From Candidatus Latescibacterota bacterium (GTDB taxonomy: Bacteria; Latescibacterota; UBA2968; UBA8231): a stretch of DNA of 64,000 bases. The position numbers and the translations under genes are program-made. Numbering within the stretch: the first letter of the stretch is position 1; every line of letters starts with the position of its first letter. Location: assembly GCA_965219385.1 (NCBI GenBank), contig CBDCNM010000002.1, forward strand, positions 2,986,305-3,050,304, read 5' to 3'. Shown in pieces: positions 47,393 to 57,590 of the stretch. The notes under the pieces were generated by a model. The model was not told the DNA's origin and did no database searches. It worked only from the letters and a program-made list of their open reading frames with translations.

Positions 47393-49399
47393 ATGCTTTT
47401 GAAAAAAGGAATTCCGCAAAAATTCCTGCAGTATCTTCAAATCCGCCACCAGCGCGACCTGATCGGTCCCGCGCTGACCTGGCGCGCCTTGCTGTTGGGG
47501 CTGGTCCTGGTCCTCGTGGTCAGCATGGGAGCGCCTTATTCCATATGGATGGTGGGTGCCTCCGAAATCACCTGGTCCTACTTCCCCTCCGGAGTGGGCG
47601 CACCTTTCATCCTCCTCATCGCCTGCAATGCCGTGCTCAGGCGGTTCGCGCGGGCCTGGGCCCTGGCGCCGGGCGAACTCCTCGCCATCCTGATCATGGG
47701 GCTGGTGGCCAGCGGCATGCCCATCTTCATGGCCGGGTACACCCTGGCTATCATCTCCAAACCCTACTACGGCGCCTCCGACGAAAACGAGTGGGCCACC
47801 TACATCCAGCCCTACCTGCCCGAGTGGGCCATCCCCGGGAACACTGGGAAAGCCATGGATCATTTCTACGAAGGACTGCCCCTGGGAGAGGATCGGGTCC
47901 CGTACGAGGCCTGGATGGGACCTTTGCTCTGGTGGCTGCTGCTGATCCTGGCGGTCTACTTTGTCTGCTTTTGCATGGTGGTGCTGCTGCGCCGGCACTG
48001 GGTGGAGCACGAGCGCCTGGCCTTTCCCCTGGTCCAGGTTCCGCTCTTGCTGGTAGAGGAAAGCCCGGGCTCGGCCTTGCCGCCGATCCTCCGAGCCCGA
48101 GCTTTTTGGGTCGGTTGTGCCGTCCCCCTGAGCGTTATCCTCTTTAATTGCATCCACTATTTCTACCCGGGCATGGTGCAGATCCCATTTCACGGAGGGG
48201 GGGGGGACCTGGTGCTGGTCCAGGGCGCTCCATCCACGGGTGTGTTCATCTACTTTCCGATAGTGGGATTTGTGTACCTGGTCAGCACCAGCATCTCGTT
48301 CAGCCTTGTGTTCTTCTACCTGCTCGTGTTGCTGGAGACCGGCCTGGTCAACCTGACCGGCTATACCCTGGGCAATCCCGATCCCTTTGTGTTTAACTGG
48401 CAGCATGGTCTGGGATTCCAGAGTTACGGCGCCTTTGTGGCCATGGTGGGGTGGAGTGTGTGGATGGGTCGTCACCACCTGGGGGAGGTGGTGCGCAAGG
48501 TCTTAGGTGGAGGGAGAGAAAGCGACGATGGCGACGAGATGATTTCCCACAGGGTGGCCTTGGGGGGGTTCCTGGCGGGCGCCTTTTTTGTCCTGGCCTG
48601 GTTGTGCTATTCGGGCATGGACCTACACGTGGCCCTGCTTTGCTTTGCCGGCACCCTGATCATTTTTCTGGGCATCACCCGGCTGGTAATCCAAACCGGT
48701 CTGCACTACCTGACCACGCCGATGAGCGCCCAGAGCATGACCCTGGCCGTCACCGGCACGGCCATTGCGCCCCACAACCTGGTGGCCCTGGCCCTGTCCT
48801 ACGGCTGGAGCGGCGACGTGCAGTCCATCTTTATGACCGCTGCCGCCCATGCGGCCCGGCTCAACCAGCGCTGCCAACACCACCGCCGCCTGACCGTGGC
48901 TATTTTTCTGGCCGCGCTGCTCAGTTTTATCGCGACGGTATATCTCATGTTGTACCTGTGCTATTACTATGGGGCGAGCAATTTCACTGGGGGTCTTTTC
49001 AATCCCAGCAGCGGTGGCGGCAGCATGGCCTTTGACCCGGTAGTGCGGCAGATCCAGGGGCTGTGGCCCACGGACTGGAGCAAGCTGGCTTATTTCGGTC
49101 TGGGTGCGCTGCTCTATTCGCTGGTCTTTACTTTTTATTACCGCTTTTTCTGGTGGCCGCTGCATCCGGTGGGGCTCACCCTGGCCACGGTGTGGATGAC
49201 CCGCCGGATTATCTTGTCGGTTTTACTTGCCTGGGCTCTCAAGCGGCTCATCCTGCGCTTTGGCGGGGTAGCGCTCTACCGCCGGCTGCTGCCCTTTTTC
49301 ATGGGCTTGCCGGTGGGCTTTTTCATGGGCGTGGGCCTGTCGTATTTGATAGATGTGATCTGGTTCTTTGGCCAGGGACATCCCGTGCTGCACGGTTGA
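47393..49399 (+). CDS. DUF6785/DUF6784-like membrane protein, copy 4
   Basis: Same motifs; ATG 47393. Confidence 0.75.
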   Translation: MLLKKGIPQKFLQYLQIRHQRDLIGPALTWRALLLGLVLVLVVSMGAPYSIWMVGASEITWSYFPSGVGAPFILLIACNAVLRRFARAWALAPGELLAILIMGLVASGMPIFMAGYTLAIISKPYYGASDENEWATYIQPYLPEWAIPGNTGKAMDHFYEGLPLGEDRVPYEAWMGPLLWWLLLILAVYFVCFCMVVLLRRHWVEHERLAFPLVQVPLLLVEESPGSALPPILRARAFWVGCAVPLSVILFNCIHYFYPGMVQIPFHGGGGDLVLVQGAPSTGVFIYFPIVGFVYLVSTSISFSLVFFYLLVLLETGLVNLTGYTLGNPDPFVFNWQHGLGFQSYGAFVAMVGWSVWMGRHHLGEVVRKVLGGGRESDDGDEMISHRVALGGFLAGAFFVLAWLCYSGMDLHVALLCFAGTLIIFLGITRLVIQTGLHYLTTPMSAQSMTLAVTGTAIAPHNLVALALSYGWSGDVQSIFMTAAAHAARLNQRCQHHRRLTVAIFLAALLSFIATVYLMLYLCYYYGASNFTGGLFNPSSGGGSMAFDPVVRQIQGLWPTDWSKLAYFGLGALLYSLVFTFYYRFFWWPLHPVGLTLATVWMTRRIILSVLLAWALKRLILRFGGVALYRRLLPFFMGLPVGFFMGVGLSYLIDVIWFFGQGHPVLHG

Positions 49400-49437
49400 G
49401 CGCAGACAGAGAGAGCAGTTCCTTGCGAAGGCTTCTC

Positions 49438-51087
49438 ATGCGACAATTCAGGGTTGATAGAGCGGTAGGGGTACTGTGCTTGTGGGCCTGGGGTGCAGCT
49501 GGTGCTCCGGCTTCACAAGTCCAGTTCGTGGACGTGGCGCTTGAGATGGGGGTTGACTTCGTGCACGAAAACGGGATCAGCAGTGAAAAAAGACTGCCGG
49601 AGACCTATGGCTCCGGCAGTGCTTTTTTTGATTACGACGGGGACGGGGATCTGGATCTCTACCTGGTCAACAGTGGGGACCTGGTCGAGGGACGCGGAAC
49701 GGCCTGGAACCGGCTCTACCGCAACCAAGGCCGGAGTTTTGCAGAGGTTACCGAAGAGGCCGGTGTCCCGGGCAGGGGGTACGGCATGGGCGTGGTGGCG
49801 GCAGATGCTGACGGAGACGGGGACGCGGAGATCTACCTGACCAGCTGGGGCGAGGATATCTTCTACCGCAACGAAGGCAATGGCCGCTTCCGGGATTTCA
49901 CCCTTCCGGCCGGCTTGGGCAACCCCCAGTGGGGCGCCAGCGCCGCCTTTCTGGACTATGACCGGGACGGGGATCTGGACCTGTTCGTGGCCAATTACGT
50001 GGATTTCCAGGTCGGCGAACAGCCCTGGTGCGGCCGCAGCGACCTGGATCTGCGATTCTACTGCGATCCCCGGCAGTTCGAGTCCACAGTGGACCGGCTC
50101 ATGCGCAACAATGGGGATGGAAGCTTTAGCGATGTGGGTCAGGAGGCCGGCATTGTCCACGCCGGCAATGGCCTGGGGGTGATCTGCGGGGATTTTGACG
50201 GGGATGGGGACGCGGATGTGTACGTGGCCAATGACATGACCCCCAATTTCCTCTACGAGAATATGGGGGGCGGTCGCTTCCAGGAAAACGCACTGCTCGC
50301 GGGTGCAGCGCTCAGCGCCGACGGAGTGACCCAGGCCGGCATGGGGGTGGATGCCGGAGATTTCGACCGGGACGGGGACCAGGATCTGTTTGTGACCAAT
50401 TACCAGCTTGAGAACAACGACCTGTATCGCAACGACGGTGCCTATTTTTCCGAGGTGGGTTTCCGGGCGGGTGTGGGCGAGATCAGCCTGAACTACCTGG
50501 GCTTCGGAGCCGGGTTTTTCGACTACGACAACGATGGCTGGCTGGATTTGTTTGTGGCCAACGGGCACGTCCACGACAACATAGAAGCCTACGACAAGCT
50601 GGTGAGATACCCTCAGAAGGCCCAGGTCTTCCACAACGACGGCAAGGGGCGCTACGTCGAACGCACCCAGGCCCTGGGTCCGGGCCTGGCCGTATCCTAC
50701 GTGGGCCGCGGCTCGTCCTTCGGGGACTTTGACCAGGATGGCGATCTGGATATTGCGCTGGTGAGTTCCGGACGCCGGGCGGCCCTGCTGCAAAACCAGG
50801 GCGGCAATGCCCGCCACTGGTTGCAGGTGGAGCTGGAGGGCACCCGCGGCAACCGGGACGGGATCGGGGCAAAGGTGTACCTGGAGGCCGGTTCCCTGCG
50901 CAGCTTCCAGGAGGTCAGGGCGGGTTCGGGCTACCTTTCCTCCAGCCAGCTGGCCCCGTTCTTCGGGCTGGGGGATCACACCCGGGTGGACCGGCTGGAG
51001 ATCCACTGGCCCTCGGGTGTAGAACAGGTGCTCGAAGAGATCCCCGCCGACCAGAGGCTCTACATCGTGGAACCGTCGGGACCTTGA
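49438..51087 (+). CDS. CRTAC1-family (FG-GAP + ASPIC/UnbV) secreted protein
   Basis: LPETYGSGSAFFDYDGDGDLDL; YCDP; AGMGV; GSGYLSS...FFGLG...IHWPSG. Confidence 0.9.
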   Translation: MRQFRVDRAVGVLCLWAWGAAGAPASQVQFVDVALEMGVDFVHENGISSEKRLPETYGSGSAFFDYDGDGDLDLYLVNSGDLVEGRGTAWNRLYRNQGRSFAEVTEEAGVPGRGYGMGVVAADADGDGDAEIYLTSWGEDIFYRNEGNGRFRDFTLPAGLGNPQWGASAAFLDYDRDGDLDLFVANYVDFQVGEQPWCGRSDLDLRFYCDPRQFESTVDRLMRNNGDGSFSDVGQEAGIVHAGNGLGVICGDFDGDGDADVYVANDMTPNFLYENMGGGRFQENALLAGAALSADGVTQAGMGVDAGDFDRDGDQDLFVTNYQLENNDLYRNDGAYFSEVGFRAGVGEISLNYLGFGAGFFDYDNDGWLDLFVANGHVHDNIEAYDKLVRYPQKAQVFHNDGKGRYVERTQALGPGLAVSYVGRGSSFGDFDQDGDLDIALVSSGRRAALLQNQGGNARHWLQVELEGTRGNRDGIGAKVYLEAGSLRSFQEVRAGSGYLSSSQLAPFFGLGDHTRVDRLEIHWPSGVEQVLEEIPADQRLYIVEPSGP

Positions 51088-53009
51088 GTGAGCGGGGTAT
51101 AACACTGCGGTCCCTGCTCGCAGGGGCGATCATGGCGGCCCTGATCGGCGGGGGCACGGCGTACGAGAACCTGCTGATCTCGGGTTCCACCATGAACTTC
51201 GACTACAGCATGGGCGCGGCCATCTTCGCCTTTGCCCTGTTCGTGCTGCTGCTCAACCCGGCCCTGCTCCGGCCCGCCTGGGCTTTCAGGCGCACCGAGC
51301 AGGCCACCCTCTACATCATGGCCATGGTGGCCTGCGTGCTGCCCACCAATGCCCTGGTGGGCCAGCTGATCCCGGCGCTTTCCGGTGGCATCTACTACGC
51401 CTCGGTGGAGAACAACTGGCTCGAATCCATAATCCCCTATATCGAGCCCTGGCTAATGGTCGCCGACCCGCAGGGCATCAGGGGGTTCTACGAGGGCCTG
51501 TCCGGCCAGGCCATTCCGTGGGGGATATGGTTGCGCCCCCTGCTCTGTTGGTCCCTGGCCCTGGCGGGTTTTTTCGGCACTGTCATCGCACTGATGGTGC
51601 TGCTGCGCAAGCAGTGGGTGATCAACGAGCGCCTGCTGTATCCTCTGGTGCAGGTGCCGATTGCCATGATCGGCGAGGAAGAGGCCGAACAAAAGGCCTA
51701 CCCACCCCTGTTCAGGCGGTGGTTGTTCTGGGGCGGGGTGCTGATCCCCGGGGTGATGTACAGCCTGAAATCCCTGCACTTCTACGATCCTATATTTCCG
51801 ATCGGGCTGCCGACCTTCATCCACGTTCCCTTTGCCAACAACGCCGTGGTCATACCCTTTGGGATCAACTACGCGGGCATTGGTTTCGGCTATCTCCTGA
51901 CCACGAAATTGAGTTTCTCGATATGGATCATGGCGCTGCTGACTATCGTGGAGGAAGTGGTCCTGATGCGGATCGGCTTGTTCAGCAGCGAGCGTCTGAT
52001 ATACAACTACTCCCCGAGCGTGTATCCCTCCTACCAGGGCGCCGGCGCTCTGCTGGTGTTCGCCCTGGCCGTGCTGTGGACCGGAAGGCGCCACCTGCGC
52101 CAGGTACTCGAGGCGGCCTGGAAAGGAGAGGGGGATAGCGGAGAGATGCTGTCGTATCGCGCCACGTGCCTGCTGTTGCTGGGCAGTCTGCTGCTGCTGG
52201 GCGGCTGGCTGGTGGCAGCCGGAGCGAGCAGCTGGCTGGTCGTGGTCTTCCTGCCGATCTTTTTCCTGATGATGCTCGGCCTCACCCGGATCGTCGCCGA
52301 GGGCGGATTGGCCGTGAGCCGGTTGCCCATCCTGCCCAACGATCTGGTGGTCGGGGCTATTGGCAGCAGCCATCTCGGAGCCATCAATCTCGGGGTACTC
52401 AGTATGACCTTTCCCCTGGGCAGCGAAATGCGCACCTCGTTGATGTCGGCTCTGGCCCACGGGCTGAAGCTGGCGGAGATCCACGTGCGGACCCAGCGTC
52501 GTCGCCTGTTCGCAGGGGTGATTCTGGCCATCGTCCTGTCGACCGGATGTGCCGTCTTCACCATGCTGTTCATCGGCTACCACTACGGGGCGGTCAACCT
52601 GAGTGCCCACTGGTTTTTCGGCACGGCGGCGGGCGGACGCATCTTCGATTTTATCTCCTACCACCTCGAACAGAACGCCGGACCCCGGTGGGACAGTCTG
52701 GGGTTTGCCGGGCTGGGGGCCGGGATTCAATTGCTGTTGATGCTGGCGCACCAGCGGCTGCTCTGGTGGCCGATACACCCGCTGAGCTTTCCGATCGGCG
52801 CGATCTGGTGCACCCACCAGGTGATGGCGAGCATGTTGCTGGCCTGGGTGGCCAAGGTCACGACCCTGCACTACGGTGGGGTGCGGCTCTACAATGCCAC
52901 CAAGCCGTTGTTTCTGGGGCTGATCCTGGGGCAGTACCTCACCGGAGGGCTGTGGCTGGTGATCGATGGGTTCACGGGTGTGCAGGCCAACTACTTGTTT
53001 TTCTGGTAG
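51084..53009 (+). CDS. DUF6785/DUF6784-like membrane protein, divergent copy 5
   Basis: LRKQWVINERLLYPL, WWPIHPL, KPLFLGLILG; start overlaps the CRTAC1 stop. Confidence 0.72.
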   Translation: MSERGITLRSLLAGAIMAALIGGGTAYENLLISGSTMNFDYSMGAAIFAFALFVLLLNPALLRPAWAFRRTEQATLYIMAMVACVLPTNALVGQLIPALSGGIYYASVENNWLESIIPYIEPWLMVADPQGIRGFYEGLSGQAIPWGIWLRPLLCWSLALAGFFGTVIALMVLLRKQWVINERLLYPLVQVPIAMIGEEEAEQKAYPPLFRRWLFWGGVLIPGVMYSLKSLHFYDPIFPIGLPTFIHVPFANNAVVIPFGINYAGIGFGYLLTTKLSFSIWIMALLTIVEEVVLMRIGLFSSERLIYNYSPSVYPSYQGAGALLVFALAVLWTGRRHLRQVLEAAWKGEGDSGEMLSYRATCLLLLGSLLLLGGWLVAAGASSWLVVVFLPIFFLMMLGLTRIVAEGGLAVSRLPILPNDLVVGAIGSSHLGAINLGVLSMTFPLGSEMRTSLMSALAHGLKLAEIHVRTQRRRLFAGVILAIVLSTGCAVFTMLFIGYHYGAVNLSAHWFFGTAAGGRIFDFISYHLEQNAGPRWDSLGFAGLGAGIQLLLMLAHQRLLWWPIHPLSFPIGAIWCTHQVMASMLLAWVAKVTTLHYGGVRLYNATKPLFLGLILGQYLTGGLWLVIDGFTGVQANYLFFW

Positions 53010-53929
53010 GCGCTCCCAACGCGAAGCTGGCGGGCGCGCGCTTCGAGTTCCGCGGCTTCGTCGTGGCGTTCGAGCTTCTTTAACACCTCGACCAGCTTGT
53101 CGAGGGTCCGGATTCGTTCAGGATGGTTTTCGCCCAGGGTTTTTTCCTGTATGGCCAGGGTGCGCTTATAGAATCTTGCGGCCAGGGCATAGCGTCTCTG
53201 GACATCGTAGAGCAAAGCCAGGGCATGGCAGGTCCGGGCCTGATCAGGGTGGCTGTTGCCCAGGGTTTTTTCCTGCACGGTCAGAGCGCGTTTATAAAAT
53301 TGCTCGGCCGGGGCGTAGCGTCTCTGGAGGTAATAGTCGTACGCCCGGGCGTAGAATTTGAGTCCCATGGAGCGCCGGGCCAGGGAGTCGGCGCGCGCGT
53401 AATCTTCCCGGGCGCGATGGAGGTCGGCCAGCTTGTTGAGGGTGGAGGCCAGGCCCTGAAAGTCCAGGTCCTTTTCCTGCAGTACGAGGATGCGCCGGTA
53501 GAGGCTTTGGGCCTGGGTGGATTGGTTCAGGGCGGCCTGGGTTTGCGCCAGTTGGTTCAGAGTGGGGCTCAGCCTGGGATTCTCTGTTCCCAGGCTGTTT
53601 TCCTGCAATTTGAGGAGGCGCTGGTACAGACTTTCGGCCCGGGTGTGCTGGCCCTGAGTGGTGTAGAGGTGCGCCAGACCGCTCAGGGTTCTGTGCCGGC
53701 GCGGATCGGTCTCGGCAAACCCTTCAGCTTCCTTGAGGGCAGCGCGAAATCGGCTCTCGGCCTCAGTGTAGTGGCCTTGCTCAAGGGCTCCGGCACCGGC
53801 CCTGTAATGGATCTCCCAGGCGGATTCTTGCGGGGCCTCGGAATCCGGGGAGCTACAGGCGGAGAAGGAGGGGATCCAGAGGGCGAGACCGGTCAATAAG
53901 CAGATGGTTTGGGGTCCTGGTAGCGGCAT
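52991..53929 (-). CDS. TPR lipoprotein (kinesin-light-chain-type repeats)
   Basis: FSAC; repeats AE.LY.R.L..QE..LG..HP. Confidence 0.8.
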   Translation of the reverse strand: MPLPGPQTICLLTGLALWIPSFSACSSPDSEAPQESAWEIHYRAGAGALEQGHYTEAESRFRAALKEAEGFAETDPRRHRTLSGLAHLYTTQGQHTRAESLYQRLLKLQENSLGTENPRLSPTLNQLAQTQAALNQSTQAQSLYRRILVLQEKDLDFQGLASTLNKLADLHRAREDYARADSLARRSMGLKFYARAYDYYLQRRYAPAEQFYKRALTVQEKTLGNSHPDQARTCHALALLYDVQRRYALAARFYKRTLAIQEKTLGENHPERIRTLDKLVEVLKKLERHDEAAELEARARQLRVGSAYQKNK

Positions 53930-54037
53930 GGTATTTCGTCTGTTTTGGCGCTGCGGCGGCCTGGGGGAGGGGGCGTTTTTTTGACGCTCTGCTTCGGGGG
54001 GATATATTCAGTACTTGAAAAAGCGGAAAGCACCCGG

Positions 54038-55315
54038 ATGGTAAAGAAAAGCAATGGCAACAGAAAAGAAAAGTCCGCCCCCGGAGTATCCCGGGGTTTG
54101 GGCCGGAGTTGGTGGTGGATATCGGGCTTGCTGGTCGTGGCGGGAGGGGTGGGATTGGGGTGGTGGCACTGGGAGGCGGGTAGGGAGGAGGCCCGAGCGC
54201 ACAGTGCCCAGGGGGATGTACTGCGCCAAAAGGGACGCTTTGCCGAAGCCGCACACTACTACCAGCAGGCGGTGGAGGCCGACCCGGATCTGGCCTGGGC
54301 CTGGGGGCACTGGGGGGTGGCGCTGGTGGCCCAGGAGCATTTTGCCGAGGGTCTCGATCCCCTCAATCGGGCCGTGGAGATACAGCCCGATTTCTTCGAA
54401 GCCCGGAGTGCCCTGGCCATTGCCCATGCCATGCTGGGGCACTTCCTAAAAGCAGAGGCGAACTACCAGCAGGCCGTGCGGATCCGGCCCGAGCACGCTG
54501 CGATCCACTACAACCTCGGCTGCCTCTACCAGGAGCAAGGACTCTATCCGGAAGCCCTGGCCCGGTTCAAAAAAGCCACGGACTTGCAGCCGGATTTGCG
54601 CCAGGCCTGGGGCAACCTGGGCAAGGTCTACAGCCAGCAACACAAGCCGGGAGAAGCCGTAAAGGCCTATCATAAGTTCCTCTCCATAGCCCCGGAGGAT
54701 GGAACCATTCTGGAGCCCCTGGGGCAAAGTTACATGGACCTGGCCGATTATGTCCGGGCCAGAGAGATCTACGAGCGGGCCCTTGACCTGGGGGTGGAAA
54801 AAGCCGGGGTGTACTACAACCTGGGATTTATCCACGAGCAGGAGGGGAGGTTTGACGAGGCCAGGGAACACTACGTGCGCGCACTGCAGCTGGACCCCGA
54901 GCACGCCGGGGCCTGTTACCACCTCGGTGCGGTTCTGGAAAACTTGGGGGAAGAAGTGCGGGCCCTGCGGCTGTACCGCAAGACCCTGGATCTGGATCCC
55001 GAGTACGTGGCCGCCAGCCACAGCATTGCCCGGCTTCTGCTCAAGAAGGGCAACACAGAGGAAGGGAGGCAGTGGATGGGGGTCTTCCAGCGCCTGAAAG
55101 CCTACGAGCAGAAGGTAAAGGCGCGCAAGCGGGTCCTGCAGCGCAATCCGCGCGATATCGGGGCCGCCTATGAACTGGGGATGGTCTACTTCGAGCACAG
55201 GCGTTATCAAAAGGCGAGGGGGATTTTTGAGACCGTCCTGAAACTGGATCCGAATTTTTCCGCGGCCAGGGAGAAGCTGGACCAGATCGAAGAGGCCGAG
55301 GGAGATAGTCTCTAA
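54038..55315 (+). CDS. Membrane-anchored TPR protein
   Basis: TM WWWISGLLVVAGGVGLGWW followed by about 10 TPRs. Confidence 0.82.
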   Translation: MVKKSNGNRKEKSAPGVSRGLGRSWWWISGLLVVAGGVGLGWWHWEAGREEARAHSAQGDVLRQKGRFAEAAHYYQQAVEADPDLAWAWGHWGVALVAQEHFAEGLDPLNRAVEIQPDFFEARSALAIAHAMLGHFLKAEANYQQAVRIRPEHAAIHYNLGCLYQEQGLYPEALARFKKATDLQPDLRQAWGNLGKVYSQQHKPGEAVKAYHKFLSIAPEDGTILEPLGQSYMDLADYVRAREIYERALDLGVEKAGVYYNLGFIHEQEGRFDEAREHYVRALQLDPEHAGACYHLGAVLENLGEEVRALRLYRKTLDLDPEYVAASHSIARLLLKKGNTEEGRQWMGVFQRLKAYEQKVKARKRVLQRNPRDIGAAYELGMVYFEHRRYQKARGIFETVLKLDPNFSAAREKLDQIEEAEGDSL

Positions 55316-55325
55316 GGAGGCAAAA

Positions 55326-57590
55326 ATGTCAGCACTACAAAAAGAAAAACCCGCCGTAGAAATCCGTCCGCATCTGGGCCGGCCCGCCGTCTTTATCAAC
55401 GGCCAGCCCCATGCCCTGGCGGGGTACAATTTCCACCAGGACCACCTGCGCCTGTTTGCCGCACACGGGATGGGCCTGTACCTGATCGGGCCTCCTTCCA
55501 ACCCGGGCGACTCTCCCGGCACCCGCTTCTGGGTCGGCGACGAGATCTCCAGCCAGCCCCTGGTCGAGGCGCCGCCCAACCTGTTGACCCTGGACCGGCG
55601 GGCCGAGATGGTGCTGGAGTGCGATCCGGAGGCCTACCTGATGGTGCGCTTCGTCACCCGCGCGCCGCGCTCGTGGCGCGAACTGCACCCGGTGGAGTTT
55701 TTCATCACCGAAGAAGGCGAGCTGCTGGACCGCCCCTCGCTGGCCTCAGATCTGTTCTGGGAAATGAACGCTCGTTACGCGGCAGCGCTCATCCAGTACG
55801 TGGAGTCGCGGTCCTGGGCCCACCGGGTCATCGGCTACGCCAATTTTCACTATGAAGAAGGCATCCACCGGCCGGTGGCCCAGGGCTGGCTTTTCGACCA
55901 CAACCCGGCCATGCTGCACAAGTGGCGGGTTTTCCTCAAGTACAAGTACGGCACGGAAGAGGCCCTGCGGGAGGCCCACGGCGAGGCCGGGTTGGATTTT
56001 GAGACGGTGCGGATTCCCAGGGATAGACTGCGCGGTCCGGTGCCTGAATTCGCGCAACTCCCTTACTGGCAGGCCGGCCCGGAAAACCGGCCCCTGCGCG
56101 ACTACCTGGAACTGACGCGCGATCTGTGGCATTTGCGCTTCCACCATACGAGCGCGGCCATGGCCGGCGCTGTGGAGCGCCCGGTGATTTTCCTGCACGA
56201 CGCCCTCAAGCAGACCATGCTGGGCTGGAATCTGTACGGTTTTTTCAATTACCCCCACACGGGCCAGGAAACCTCCTGGAGTCCGGCCTACCCCGAATTG
56301 ATGGGTGGTTCGGGTAGTATCGGCGTGGCCGAACTTTTCGATGTGCCCGGCTGCGACGGCCTCATCACCCCGCACGACTACCAGGCGCGCGGCAGTGGCG
56401 GGGTCTACGAACCCGAGGGCATCGCCGATTCCGCGGTGCTGCGCGGCAAATACTTTTACGGCGAAATGGATCAGCGGGTGGGCCAGCGCGATGTGGGTGC
56501 GGCGCGCGATCCGAAAGAGTTGCACGCCATCATCTGGCGCAATTTCGCCACCAGCTTCACCCGCGGCTTCAACTCTTACTGGATGCACGGTTTTTTCGTG
56601 GACGAGTGGTTCGAAGAAGAGGAAGTCCAGCAGACGGTGCGGCGCCACATCGAGGTGATCGAGGAATCCATCCACTGGCCGCACCAGACCGTGCCGGGCA
56701 TCGCCATGATCCTGGACGACGCGGCGATCCTGGAGACCAGCGGCAATGGCAACTTTCTCAACGAGGCCGTCATGTGGGAGCAGAAGATGGGCCTGGCCCG
56801 CTGCGGCGTGCCGCACCGCATCTATCTGTTCGAGGATCTGGACCTGGACGAGTTTCCACTCCACCGGGTGTTTTACTTCCCCAATTTGTTCCGCGTCGAC
56901 CAGAACAGGCTGGAACTGCTGCGCCGGAAGGCCCTGCGCGACGGCAATGTAGTGGTGTGGGGGCCGGGCTCGGGGATTGCGGACGGGCAGCAGATCGGCC
57001 CGGCCTCGGCCAGCCGGCTGACCGGCTTCGAGTTCGAGATGCTGCCGGCCAATGCCCCGCGGCGCATCCTGATTTCCAACTTCGAGCATGCGCTGACCCG
57101 CGATCTGGACCCGGCCCTGGTGATCGGGGGCCCCCTGGCCTACGGTCCGGTGCTCATGCCCACCGACGGGCTGGAACTGGGCCTGGCCTGGGCCAAGGGG
57201 GGCAATAACCACACGGGTCTGGCGCTGAAGGAATTCGGCCGGGGCGCCCGGGGTACTTACGCGGGAGCGGCTGCGCTGGGAGAGGGCGACTACGCCGCGG
57301 TTTTCACCACGGCGGTACCGCTGCCGGCCGCCCTGTGGCGCAACCTGGCGCGTTTTGCCGGGGCGCACGTGTACTGCCAGAGCAACGACGTGGTGCTGGC
57401 CAACCAGAGCATGGTGGCGCTGCATTCGCTGCAGGGAGGCGAGAAACGGATCGCTTTGCCCGGCGAGTTCCAGGTGTGCGACGTGGTTTCCGGGGCCGAA
57501 TACGCCACCTCTACCCGGAAGATTGTCTTCGAGCTGGAGCCGCCGGAAACCCGGGTGTTTTTGCTCAACCAGCGATCTCGACCCGGTTGA
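55326..57590 (+). CDS. GH42/beta-galactosidase-like glycoside hydrolase (tentative)
   Basis: AAGGAGG RBS; RPSLASDLFW, HRVIGY..EEG, WRVFLKYKYGTEEALREAHG, trimerisation-like C-terminus. Confidence 0.5.
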   Translation: MSALQKEKPAVEIRPHLGRPAVFINGQPHALAGYNFHQDHLRLFAAHGMGLYLIGPPSNPGDSPGTRFWVGDEISSQPLVEAPPNLLTLDRRAEMVLECDPEAYLMVRFVTRAPRSWRELHPVEFFITEEGELLDRPSLASDLFWEMNARYAAALIQYVESRSWAHRVIGYANFHYEEGIHRPVAQGWLFDHNPAMLHKWRVFLKYKYGTEEALREAHGEAGLDFETVRIPRDRLRGPVPEFAQLPYWQAGPENRPLRDYLELTRDLWHLRFHHTSAAMAGAVERPVIFLHDALKQTMLGWNLYGFFNYPHTGQETSWSPAYPELMGGSGSIGVAELFDVPGCDGLITPHDYQARGSGGVYEPEGIADSAVLRGKYFYGEMDQRVGQRDVGAARDPKELHAIIWRNFATSFTRGFNSYWMHGFFVDEWFEEEEVQQTVRRHIEVIEESIHWPHQTVPGIAMILDDAAILETSGNGNFLNEAVMWEQKMGLARCGVPHRIYLFEDLDLDEFPLHRVFYFPNLFRVDQNRLELLRRKALRDGNVVVWGPGSGIADGQQIGPASASRLTGFEFEMLPANAPRRILISNFEHALTRDLDPALVIGGPLAYGPVLMPTDGLELGLAWAKGGNNHTGLALKEFGRGARGTYAGAAALGEGDYAAVFTTAVPLPAALWRNLARFAGAHVYCQSNDVVLANQSMVALHSLQGGEKRIALPGEFQVCDVVSGAEYATSTRKIVFELEPPETRVFLLNQRSRPG

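Noticed and set aside
17700..52871. Long alternative-frame ORFs (e.g. 17700-19289 +, 30584-32200 -, 35151-36935 -, 36929-38494 -, 49513-51105 -)
   Set aside because: They are antisense shadows of well-supported genes in GC-rich DNA, with no recognisable motifs.
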